Shown piece after piece: positions 24,001-35,636 of a stretch of 64,000 bases of DNA (the first letter of the stretch is position 1; each line of letters begins with the position of its first letter). The stretch comes from Callorhinchus milii (Eukaryota). The notes beneath the pieces are model-generated. The model did not search any database. It saw only the letters and a list, made by a program, of their open reading frames with translations, and had not been told where the DNA came from. Location: positions 101,310,001 through 101,374,000 of the forward strand of contig NW_024704743.1 of NCBI RefSeq assembly GCF_018977255.1, written 5' to 3'. Position numbers and translations under genes: made by a program.

Positions 24001-26139
24001 TTCAAGACTGTTTCTATATTAATTTATAGTTTCCATTATACCTGTAGTCTTTATTGAGAATTATTTTTTATGCTTCCAATTCATTCCATGTTCAGGCCTC
24101 ATGTTAGGGCTAACAGTTTTGGTTGACAGTTCAATACAGTGCTTATTAATCAGTACAATACAACAACAATAACAAAATACAAATGCAAGTTGTTGTTGTT
24201 ATGTGCTGCATTGTCAGAGGTGTTTAATTAAGATTAAACCGAGGACAGGTAGATTTTATCAATCCCACATTCCTATTTAAAAAGAGAAGGGAGTTTCTCC
24301 CGATGTCCTGGCCAAAAATCCGCCAGATAAAATTGATCATTCACTTAATGGCTATTTGTGGGACAAATTGGTCACTGTGTTTGCCTATAAAATACACATT
24401 TACTACACTCCACAGAATTTTATGAAGCACTTTGACATGTCCTCCCAATGTGAGAAGGCACTGCATTAAATGCAAGGATTTTTTTTCTCTAATGTTCTCA
24501 GATGTCCATCACTGCTGTTTCAGTGCTAGGTAATGGAGCGCTTTAAGGCGCAAACTAATTTCTTGTTCATAATCTCATTCAAAACAAGAAAGTAAAATTT
24601 TGTTTTACACTTCTGTATTCATTTCTTAAAGTTTCATTACATTGTACGTGTTACAAATATTTCCAAAATGGATACATGCATTATTAATACTTAAAACACT
24701 TTTTAATGCCCCAAAATGTTTGCCGATTATTCTGAATTTTCCTAGGTGCTGCTCGTTTCTGGTGAGGGGACCCTTTCCACTGTCCTTGCATTTGTACAGC
24801 AGCCTTCACACAGGTGAGCACTACACAGTCATGGGGTTGGAATGTGAACATGGGAGAAAGGGAAGAGGGAGGTGAGGGCAAAGAGGTTGGTCTTCAGTGG
24901 GTTATAGTGATAGACAAAGAGGGGGGGTGAGCTGGAGGGATTGAGTAAAGGAGTTCCAGAGATTAGGGGCATATAGACTGCTGGCGGAGAGTGATTTCGT
25001 AACGTGCAGCAGGCCTGTGTTAGCACAAAATTCTGCTCTCCAAAGACTTATTTTCTTGTTGAGAAATAAATTAAATTTCCTTCTTTGTCATTTTGAAACA
25101 AATGTAACTGGACAGTGTGGAGCTTGTCCAGCTAAGACCACCAGCAGTTTGACTGTACTTTTAAGTTTGTGTTGGATCACTGCAGACTTGCTTAGCTTTG
25201 ACAGCCATATCTCCTTGGAACTAGTGCAGTCCCAGAGAGCTTTAAACTAGAAGTGTGATAACTCCAAGAGTTAAGCTTGTGAGTCCAGTAATACAAATTT
25301 GTAGTTTCAGGCCGAATTCAGAATGATAAAGATCTTCCATCACTTTAAGTTGTTCTCCATAAAAGTACAATAATACAATTGTCAAACAATTCATCTTATA
25401 TGCCAAGACCTTCCCCATTCTAATAATCAATAAGTACAGACGTTAATTTGTTTGTTTGATTTTCTTCCACTCTCCCCCTATATCCTTGACATATGTGTCC
25501 TGGATGAAAAGTCTTGATATAGAACGGGATTGTTTTGTCTTGTCGGCACAATGTTCCCAGCTTACAGAATGAGCTCACACTCTCAGCTGAGTCATTTTGT
25601 GGGTGACTCTCCCTCTCAGGAGGCTGGTCAATTACAGGCTATTAAGAGCCATTGGTGTCAGGATACACGCCTGGCCTGCTCAGAAAATAATGGATGCAAA
25701 TACAAATTGAGTGAAAAAGAAGAATTTAAAACAGGGATGGGTTGTAATAATCAAAATAATAATCCTTGCATTTGATATAATCGGGAGGACATCTCAAAGT
25801 GATAAATGTTTCCATGTCATTTTCAAAGGAATTTAGGACTGTCTTGAACAATTGTCCAAAATTCTGCACGATCCTAAATCTTAAGGGAATAGGCTTAAGG
25901 CTAAGACCAGGGGAACTTTCAGACCTCTGAAGCTAGGGAGGAGCACGTATTAATCATTCAGCTGAAGAAGATGTGAAAGGAAACAATTAGAACCCAGCAA
26001 AGCAGAGACTAGGATAAATGGTGATCAATGTGAGAGTTAGGAGCTCTCTCAGTAAATCCTGTGAAGAACTTTGACATGTACTCCCGACATGAAAGACCCT
26101 ATACTAAATGCAAGGATTATTATTTTCATTATAAACTCA

Positions 26140-26368
26140 CATCTCTGTTCCACTTGTGCCATAGGATCTTTAACATCCACCTGAACAGGCAGGCAGGACT
26201 TTAGTTCAAAGTCTGATCCAAAGGAGGGATTTCTGACAATGCAATAACCCCCACCGCACTGGGTTGGAGTGTCACACCAGACTACATGAGTTTAAAGTTC
26301 TGACATGTGGTCTGAACCCACATCTTTGTGACTCGGGTGAGAATTCTGCCAACTAAGCCAGGCTGACA
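26140..26368 (-). mobile_element. SINE family B 5' half
   Basis: gccataggatctttaacatccacctgaacag...gagtgtcacaccagact...gccaactaagccaggctgaca. Confidence 0.8.
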
Positions 26369-28700
26369 TATCTCGTCATTCTTCACATCTCATCCCTATA
26401 AAACTGGGGCATCAGGTTTATTGGTCTGTCACTGGCACTGGGTTCCTAATGCAGCAACAACCTGAACTGGATGCAGTGCTCTTGGTATGGCATAACCACA
26501 GGGTTGTACAGCGAGTGGACAGTCAATCCTTTCATAACCATCAGTATAGGCTGTATTCAAACCCAGGTCCCAGAGGTGAAAGGACTGTAGTAATTCTCTG
26601 CTCCACTCTGTCCAAAGTTATAACTAATTTGTGCTTACCTGATATGGACACTTAGTAAAAAGAATAGAAGCAACTAATTCCCAGCAATGACATCCCTCAA
26701 GTGCAAAAATATAAATTGGGAAAAAAATCTGGAGCTACAGAGGAGTCTGTGGATAACATCAATCCCACCCGCCAAGATGAAAGAAAAAGCATATCAGTGG
26801 GTGGGACCAGCAGGATCTCACTGGAGGGAAATTAGGGCAAAATATGCACTACAGATTGGAGCTCAGGACTTATTGTTTAAAGGGATACCCGCTGGCAAAC
26901 AAAATATGTTCAGGAAATTAAAACTTTTTTTTACAAATACTTGATAAGGATAATTATTAGTAGTATATAAAATGCATCCACTCGTCACTCGTGAGGTGTT
27001 TTTCTGAAAATGACACATAGTTTGTTTCCCTCTCAACATAAAATTGGACTGTTTTGCAGATTTGTCCCATCAGATGAAAGATATCCATTTTTTACCCCTC
27101 ACCTGAGTGGCTCCGTGGCTAAGAGGGTATAACAGACTTTTCCTTCCTTGACTATGGTTAACAGTGCCACAATGAGCCAGACACTAGGAGGCTTGTGACA
27201 GCTAGTCATTAGGCACACTGTCCAACGTTCCCTCCCTACCACAGGAGCAGAAGCTTACTCTCCACCCACTGCCTCTCCAGATCTGGAGAATTCATTCTCA
27301 CGAACCCTCTACTTGAGCCATTGCATGCAAGTGGTCTAATATAGAGTGCCAGAGCCACCAAACACTTTTTTCTTGAAGATGCGTCTCTTTCAAGAAAGTC
27401 TTAATCCTCAGAAGAGACAGCGGTTCACAGTTTAAAAGGATCAGTGGTCCTTTTTATTGGGCTTAGAAAGCACTGGTTGTTGGTGTGACTAGCACTGAAA
27501 GTGAAAGCATCACCAGCAATTCCCACAGAACTCTAATATACTTGTACCTTTTGTAACATTCTTTCCTGACAACTGCCTCCTTTAATGTGATCCAGACATT
27601 TACCAGAAAATGCATGTTGACCCCGAGAGTGTTAAAGCAAGAATGCCCAGTTCACTGAAGTAAGATAGCTCACAGATCTCTCTGTATTATTGCTAAAGTA
27701 CAGACTCGTTACTTCATGACAGCTTTAGGAACAGATTTGCCTTTGTTGTTTTAGTGACATTTTTAATTAGTTCAAGCTCTCTACAAAATCACAAAGCTGA
27801 TTAATGACTGTTCTAAATAACAGACGTTATTTGCTCTTTGCACCTGCAGAAAATCAAACTTATTATTATATTCCCCCTCCTTTGAATGACATCATGTTAA
27901 GCTGTAATACACTTTTATATATGGCACGCTTTTCCTACTTGACATCTGTCTGTTTATAGGAATCTTAATATTTTCTCCTGTGCTCCCCGATGTTCCAACA
28001 ACCTCTTTAAACATGTAGCTCATAATCTAATAATCATTAGATTACTGATACATCCAACGGAGGGCTTTGTTCAGCTAAGGACCATTGTAAAACCCGTAAC
28101 AAGAAGCTTGGAAATAAAAAACGAAACCAAGCCAAACGGAAGTGAAAGATTGGTTTAAGATCAGTTACGACACTTCACCAGCATTGCAAAGATGGACTGG
28201 AGAAGGCCCCTGTACAGGTCTGGAGACAACAAATGGCACTAGAGCAAGAATACAAAGAGGTTAGGATGAAGTTAAAATGATACAGGCACAGACTGCATTC
28301 ACAAAGAGGCAGCAAATGAGTCATTGCCCATTTGTGAGATCACAGTAGACTTAGGCTCGCAATCTGTCAGTGGTTTGTGCCAGAGTGACTCCACCAGCTC
28401 AAGAGGAATTGCAGCAACTCAAATTGGGAATTCTTTCAATAACTGGAATCACATCACCCCAGCCAGTGGAAACACCATGACTACACAATCCACTTCCTGA
28501 GCAGGGTTGACCGGAATTCTAACATTAAGAAATATTGCATATTTGACCATGCTTTTAGTCATTTTTCCCTTTTGCTTTCCTTCGACTCCCAAAGCCCAAA
28601 GCTCTCCCCCACCACCCCAGCTCATGTGCCTCCCCAAAACCCCGGCAGCGTAAAGCACTTTGAGATGTCCTCCTGAAGTGAAAGATGCTGTTATAACGTA

Positions 28701-29309
28701 AATTGCCCTTTTCTGACAATACCTCACCCCAAAAGTTGCCGAAACCCTTGTCCATGACTTTGTCACTTCTCGGCTGGACTACTCTAACTCCCTCCTCACC
28801 GGTCTCCCCTCCTCCACTAATCACAAAATCTAGCTCATTCAAAACTCTGCTGCCTGCATTGTCACCCGCACCGAACTTGGTACCCTGATTACTCCAGTCC
28901 TTGGCAAACTCCACTGGCTCCCTGTCACAGAGCGGATCGACTTCAAGGTCCTCACTCTAGTGTTTAAATTCCTCCATTCCTTGGCACCCCCCTATCTCTC
29001 TAACCTCCTCTCTCCCCACAGCAGTACCTGCTGCTTCCGCTCTACTGGGTCTGGCCTCGTCTGTGTCTCCCGAATTCTCCGCTCCACCATCGGCAGCTGT
29101 GCCTTCAGCCACCACACCCCAAAACTTTGGAACTCCCTCCCTCAACACCTTCACTTCCACCCCTCTTTTCCCATCTTCAGGTCGCGCCTGGAGACCTTCC
29201 TTTTTGACCGGGCCTACGTTCCCCCTCCCCCAGACTCGGCCTTGGGCTCCACCATTGCTAAGCGCTCTGAGGGTAGAGGGCGTTACATAAGTGCAAATTG
29301 TTGTTGTTG
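28701..29309 (+). mobile_element. L2 LINE 3' fragment with ORF2 C-terminal remnant
   Basis: Encodes ...LVHDFVTSRLDYSNSLL...QNSAA...LHWLPV...FKFLHSLAPPYLSNLL...PKLWNSLP. Ends aagtgcaaattgttgttg. Confidence 0.92.
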
Positions 29310-29834
29310 AAATTGTATATATATTAGGCCCCTAAAGAGGATAAAAGATTTTCTTTCCACAACTTAGTGCAAAATAGCTTTTTTTTTAAAGTAATTACGC
29401 CAAACAGTACGTGATGACAGGCAGGAATGAATTCCATGCGTTAGCATTTTTTCATATTTTGTTAAAACACAATCCCTTTTAAGCATTCACTTTCATCTTC
29501 TGCTGCAAAAATGTTGATGCCATAAAAACAATGATATTAAACAAGATTATAATTAAAAATGGCAGCTTTACAACTGGGGAAACTATTCCAAGGGTGCAAA
29601 TTGCAAAGCATGGGTTTGCCTCATACTGGTGTTAGCACAATACTTTATCTTATTGCTATTCAGACTCTATTGTGAACTAGTTTCAATTGTAAGATACAGT
29701 ATTTATTCCTGATGAATAATTTGACTAATAAAAGTGGTCATACTCTGAAAAAGAAATATTTGTTTATTTCCTTTTGTTCCATTTTTCTCGGTGGGTTTTG
29801 TATATGTCTGACTCTGCTCTATTCCCAGCAGGGC

Positions 29835-30128
29835 AAAATTTGGGGCAAGTTTCCTTATTTCACACGCCTCTGTATACCAGCAGTTAGTAGGAACCTGGTT
29901 GTTAGTTGATTGGTGGATCACTTTTCTGGGGGTAATAGTTCCTTCNAAAAAAAATTAATCACTTCAATCCATGACTGTTTGTGGGACACCGCTGTGCGCA
30001 ATTGTTTGCGTGTTTCGCCCACAAAATATACAATCAATTCAATTTACAGTATATTCTGTGAAACGCTTTGAGATGTTTCCAAGACGTGATAAGGCGTTAT
30101 ATCAAATGCAAGGATTATTATTATTATT
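29835..30128 (+). mobile_element. Family A SINE variant, 5' truncated
   Basis: gggcaagtttccttatttcacacgcctctgtataccagcagttagtaggaacc, Deu-like block, (tta)n tail. Confidence 0.8.
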
Positions 30129-30691
30129 GTCAGTCATCGGGTGGCTCTTGCAGCCACCAGGTCATCCCTTCCTCTTCCCCCACACCCGTACACACACAAA
30201 CACATGTATTATTGCAGGCAGTCACCCCTAAACAGCTTTCAACTGCCTATAAAATTTGCAAGTGAGTACAAGAATCGTACTATTTTAATAGGGCTGTATC
30301 AACATGATCTGCTACATATACACACACACCAAAGCAAATATTTGCACAATTACAGATAGTCTTCTGTCAGTGATTGGAATATTACCTTTATAAAGTCACT
30401 TATCACAGGAATTTATATGGGACATTATGACTATAAGGATAACACCAAGATAATTGTCCACTTCTAACATGCCATGCATTAGTGGATGAGATGAATTCTG
30501 CAAGCTCATTCCAATTGTCAGAACTTATTTTCTGCTTTGATTTTTCCCCACAATATGGAAAGGAATTCTCATACTCTACCTTTTGGAATAGCTTAATAAA
30601 GAATTAATTCCATTAGAATTCCAGTCATTCCATGGGAACTGCAGTCAGGAAGTAAATTGGATTGGTGTTCTCATTGGCCATTATGACAAAG

Positions 30692-31428
30692 GTATCAGCC
30701 TGGCTCAGTTGTTAGCACTCTCATCTCTGAATCAAGAGCCAAGAGGTTGTGGGTTCAAGCCCCACATCACAGTGATTCCTGGTAAAGTTGAGGAGCGCTG
30801 CAATATTGGCGGTGCTGTCCTTTGGTTGAAACGTTAAACCAAGGTGGAGTCCTGTAGCTCAGTGGTTAGAGCACTCGCTTTGCAAGCGAGAGACCTGAGT
30901 TCAATTCCAGGCAGGTCAGGGCGAAACCTTGGGCAAGTTTCCTTACTCCACACAGAGCCTAATAATAATCCCTCCAAAACCAAAAACAATAATAAATTGG
31001 TCATTTTCAATCTACGACTGTTTGTGGGACATTGCTGTGCGCAATTGGCTGCCGCGTTCGCCCACAAATATACAGTCAATTCACTTTATAGTATGTTTTG
31101 TGAAGCGCTTTGGGACATCCCCCCGACGTGAAAAGCGCTATATCAAATGCAAGGATTATTATTATTATTATTAAGGTTCTATCTTGCAGGTAGATGTTAA
31201 AGATTTCATAGCACTATTCAAAAACATGTTTCTCATGGTGTCCTGGTCAACAATCCCCCAGATAAATTTGTCATTCACCTTTTATGGCTGTTTGTGGGAC
31301 ATTGCTGAGGGCAAATTGGCTACCGTGTTTGCCTATAAATACATTTACTACACTTTAAGTAAATTCCTGTGACATGCTTTGAAATATCTTGATGTTGTGA
31401 TAAGGTGTTATATCAAATGCAAGGATAT
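30692..31428 (+). mobile_element. SINE family B split by a nested family A SINE
   Basis: Head 30692-30845. Body resumes at 31178 (caggtagatgttaaagatttcatagcactatt) and runs to the tail atcaaatgcaagga. Confidence 0.85.
30846..31172 (+). mobile_element. Young full-length family A SINE
   Basis: ggagtcctgtagctcagtggttagagcactcgctttgcaagcgagagacctgagttcaattcc (TGC anticodon-like loop). CpGs intact. Flanked by aaggt direct repeats. Confidence 0.92.
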
Positions 31429-31750
31429 TAAACTACTGATTACAGGGAGGAGTCCTGATTTGAGTGATGTGATATCCGTATTCATTAATGAATTCTTTAT
31501 TAATAGTGAATCCCATCAGGAACTACCACAAATTAGAACCCTATGTATGTTACCAAACACTGAGAAATTTCACCTGGATCTAGATTTATTCTATTTATGT
31601 AGCTTTAGAACTTCCACAATTTAGCAAATGGTTGAATTCAGTCATAACACTGTGGTTGATTTTCTGTATATCATAGAGGAAACTTTCCAAAAACTGGTTT
31701 CAAAGTTAATGCTGTAATTAAGAATTTGCCAAATTTTATATAGTTCTCTA

Positions 31751-32034
31751 ATTTTGCATTTGATATAATGCTTTTCATGTCTGCTAGACGTCTCAAAGCA
31801 CTTCACAGAATATACTGTAAAGTGAATTGACTGTATATTTGTGGGCGATTGCACAAAGCAGTGCCCCACAAACAGTCGTGGATTGAAGTGACCAATTTAT
31901 TATTTTTTTCTTGAGGGATTATTATCAGGCCTGTGGAGTAAGGAAACTTGCCCAAGGTTTCGCCCTGCCGGGAATCAAACTCAGGTCTCTCTCTTGTGCG
32001 GCGAGTGCTCTAACCACTGAGCTACAGGACTCCA
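31751..32034 (-). mobile_element. Family A SINE, full length
   Basis: Ends gagtgctctaaccactgagctacaggactcca, the reverse of the family A head. Confidence 0.9.
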
Positions 32035-33666
32035 CAATTTTGGACCCAAGTGGATATTGTTGCTACTGTAATGAACTGATATAATTGGCAGTGACTTGAA
32101 ATTTAAAAAAATGTTGCCTAACATTAAAATTCCATTATATTAAGAACACATTATCCACTGCAATTGCCTATTGCATCCGCGCTTTGGGACGTCCTCCCGA
32201 CGTGAAAGGCGCTCTATAAGTGTAATTTTGTTGTTGTTGTATTATACAGACATTGTACTTTACAGTAAAACTACTGTGAAGTGCATTGGTATGTTTTGAC
32301 TGCTTGATAAGGCACTTTATCACATGTAAGGATAATTGTTATTATTATACAAAGTCAGGAGGTATCACCTTTGAAATGAATAATGTAAATAACAAAGAAT
32401 TCCCTTTTATAGTATTTAGTTATTTTTTATTATGATGGTGAGTGCAACATTTGTGACAATCTTGCTGGTTTGATTTGTTTTCTCCACACAACACGATGAA
32501 AGGTTAAAGAACTACTTCCCAAACAGGAAGTTAACATCATGTTTGTCATGTGTACCTTATATGGAAATCATTTGAGTTAAATGTTCTGTGTGCTGGATTT
32601 CCCTGGGTGCTATATACTTTATATGGGACTGCAAATCATTTTATTGTAAGCTCAAAGTAATAACATCAGAACAGAGTACAACTGGTTCTGTGAGTGTAAC
32701 TCAGCACTGCTCTCAGATGCTGCAAAAACTCCTCAAAATGGAAAGAATCCATTAAACACTCCTAAATATGGTGAAACTTTTTTTACCAGCAAATATTATT
32801 TTATATAATAGACTTTGCGGAGTAAGTCAAAAAGTTGATCCTTTTTCTTTCTGTGTTCATAAACCACTCGAGTTTTGCTCTTGCGGTTTATGACCTGTTT
32901 ATTAAGTTACAGCTTTCTAACTCTCACGCAGGTATTTATTACATTTATGCCACGTATGTGGCCTGTCATACTTAGAAATAGAAAAAAAACTTTTAATTTA
33001 ATGTATGTGCAGTTCATTCCTAAAGAGACCTGTAGGGCAGTCTGGAAAACATTGCTCTCGAAATGGTAGTTAGCACTTGGAGAGACTGAACTGGCAATAG
33101 GTGGAAGATTTGTAACTATTGCACTGTTAGGAACCACAAAACTGGGCACAAACAGTTCTCAGATTCTGAATACAGTGAAGACACAGGGTACACTCCAGGG
33201 TATTGGGGGTCTGGCACAATGAAACCTTATCACCATTCTTCTGTAATGTTTAAAATTAGTAAATAATAGCAGCCAGATACAAAGAGCTTCATGAAACTAG
33301 TTTGTCCATATCTTGCACTCTGTGCTTTGATTCTGAAAGCCCCCATAAAGTAAGTCATGTTGGAAGGAAGAGTTTCCCTATCAAAATCCTATAAAGGAAA
33401 AGTACATTTGGCATCTAAATTGTGGCTGAATCTGTTGTCAACCCTATTTTCCCTTCATCCAGGTACATTCCTCAGCAGATATGGTACTGATGTGCTAGCC
33501 TGCACTTTACACTCACAACTTTCTTTTCCAGGAAGATTGCTACCAATTGAGCGAAGTACTAAACTGCAGCTTCACTCAGTAGTTCCAGAGTATGTCTTGT
33601 ATGGGAAATTAAAACAAGCGGGTGCTCTTTGGAGGTTGGGACCGAGGAGTATTATGGTGCTATATT

Positions 33667-34085
33667 TAGCCTGGCTCAGTTGGTAGCACTCTTACCTTTG
33701 AGACAGAAGGTTGTGGCTTCAAGCCCCGTTTCAGGAGTTTGAATTCATAGTCTAAAATGACATTGTAGTGCTGTGTTGTGTTCTGGGAAATTCTGCCCTT
33801 TGTATGAAACATTAAATTGAGGTCCATCGGCCTGTTCAATCCATCTACGTTAAAGATCCCAAAGCAGTGTTCGAAAAGAGAAGGAAATTACTCTTGGTGT
33901 ACTGGTCAACAATTCCCGGATGAAAGCACGTAATTACTGTTGTGAGATACTGCTTTGCACAAATTGGCTGTTGTGTTCATATACAATACACAATCACTAC
34001 ACTTTACAGTAAAATCTGTGAAGCACTTTGAGACATTTGAACGACGTCCTAGAGGTCCTAGGCCAAATGCAAGGATTATTATTTT
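33667..34085 (+). mobile_element. SINE family B
   Basis: ttagcctggctcagttggtagcactc...gcacaaattggctg...aaatgcaaggattatt. Confidence 0.85.
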
Positions 34086-34440
34086 ATTGAGGCAGAGTAT
34101 ACTCTGCATTTAACTACTGTACCTGACCTGAGAGTGTGTGATGTCACTCACTGGTGTTCAAAAAGGGAAGGTGTTCAATTTCCCAGCACTAACATCTCTC
34201 ACCTTGATGAGCACCAAATTTAGCAGAACAAAATGTTTTAAGGAAACACACATTAGAATCAGATGTGAAGGTTAAGGGATCATACGACCAGTAATATAGT
34301 CATACAGTGTTTTTCAGTATCCTCGGAAATAAATGAGTTGGTGTAATCATTTACCATAATGTAACTTATGATATAAATGGAAAACAAAGTCAATGGGGAA
34401 TAGTGAATTGATTCATCTAGAAGACTCCCATTACTCACTT

Positions 34441-34781
34441 GTGAATAATTACGTCCCAACTGATCCAGTTGCTCCCTCCACTCAGCAAACGTATTTCATG
34501 TCCACTGCCAGATCCCCCCCCACCACCGAGGCGAACTTTCAGACATTCTGCCCCCACTCTTTGGAACTCTCTCAGAAAATCACTCTGCCTTGCCACCTCT
34601 CTTCCCACCTTCGAAACCCGCCTGAAGACCCATCTTTTCAAACTCACTTTTACACACACACACACCCTCCCCCACTTTCAGCTCCCATCCCCTGCTCAGC
34701 TCCCAGTCAGCGGTGTGAAGCTTTTGGAGACATCCTCCAATGCTGTAAAAGGCACAAGTAAATGCAAACTATTGTTGTTGT
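34441..34781 (+). mobile_element. L2 LINE 3' fragment
   Basis: Encodes FRHSAPTLWNSL...FETRLKTHLFK. Tail taaatgcaaactattgttgttg. Confidence 0.85.
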
Positions 34782-35433
34782 GACTGTCACTCATGAGTGA
34801 TGCCATTGACCTTACTGTTTAAGATGAAATATATTGCCACATTCAGCCATTGGGTTGCTCTCTGGCCAACATAAATTTTGTACCTGGCAATAGCTGTTAC
34901 ACACAATAAAATGCTGAACATCATTTTAATCTTATTTTCCATAATATTTATTTGTTGTCAATAAAATTGTTACTTTTGGTTTAGGGTTGTATTACTGTGA
35001 CTTCCTTTGATGTAATAATAATATTGTTAATAATAATCATAATAGTAAAACCCTTGCATTTTGTACAGCCTTTCATTTGGGGAAGACATCTCAAAATGTT
35101 TCATATAGAATTTACTGTAAAGTGTAGTGACTGTATTTTGTAGGTGAAACAAGCAGGCAAGTTTGAAATTTTATAAAATACAAAGGTTATTTTTTCCAGC
35201 AGCCTTTGCAATTTATTTATCTGCCAACTATAAGCATTCTCCATTAATAGCCCAGTAATTGCCATCCATCATTTTCATGGATCTGGGATTAAGGTGTTTG
35301 AACACAGCTTTTCAATTTTAAATAAGGATTAATATAAAACTAATTTTAAATTCCATTAATCTTAATTTTAGAAGGCACCAATGTATTCCCCAATCAAAAG
35401 CCTTTACTCATATGTACCAGTGATTAAACTTAC

Positions 35434-35636
35434 CAGAATGTTTGTTAAACTGGCATTTCCACTCGTCACTTGGATGCCTGCCTGCTTCCAAACATCTGAT
35501 GTGAAGTATGCGTATTCTGCACCTGTTTCAGCAGTTCTTCGTATTTGTACATTTCCAGGACTGGCACAAAATACAAGGTCACAGGTTTGTGACTCTGGCT
35601 GTACATCTGTTAGTCCAGACGTGCTCCTCTGAGGAC
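35434..35636 (-). other. Candidate 203-nt exon of an unidentified minus-strand transcript
   Basis: Acceptor ttacttcagttcctgcag|g and donor ctg|gtaagt. One frame is open throughout (GPQRSTSG...ASLTNIL). Unique, non-repeat sequence with no recognised homology. Confidence 0.45.

Noticed and set aside
30846..30915. tRNA-Ala-like gene (also at 13888, 32034 minus, 43036, 55405)
   Set aside because: It continues directly into the SINE body and tail and has no proper acceptor-stem 3' arm or terminator. These are SINE heads, not tRNA genes.
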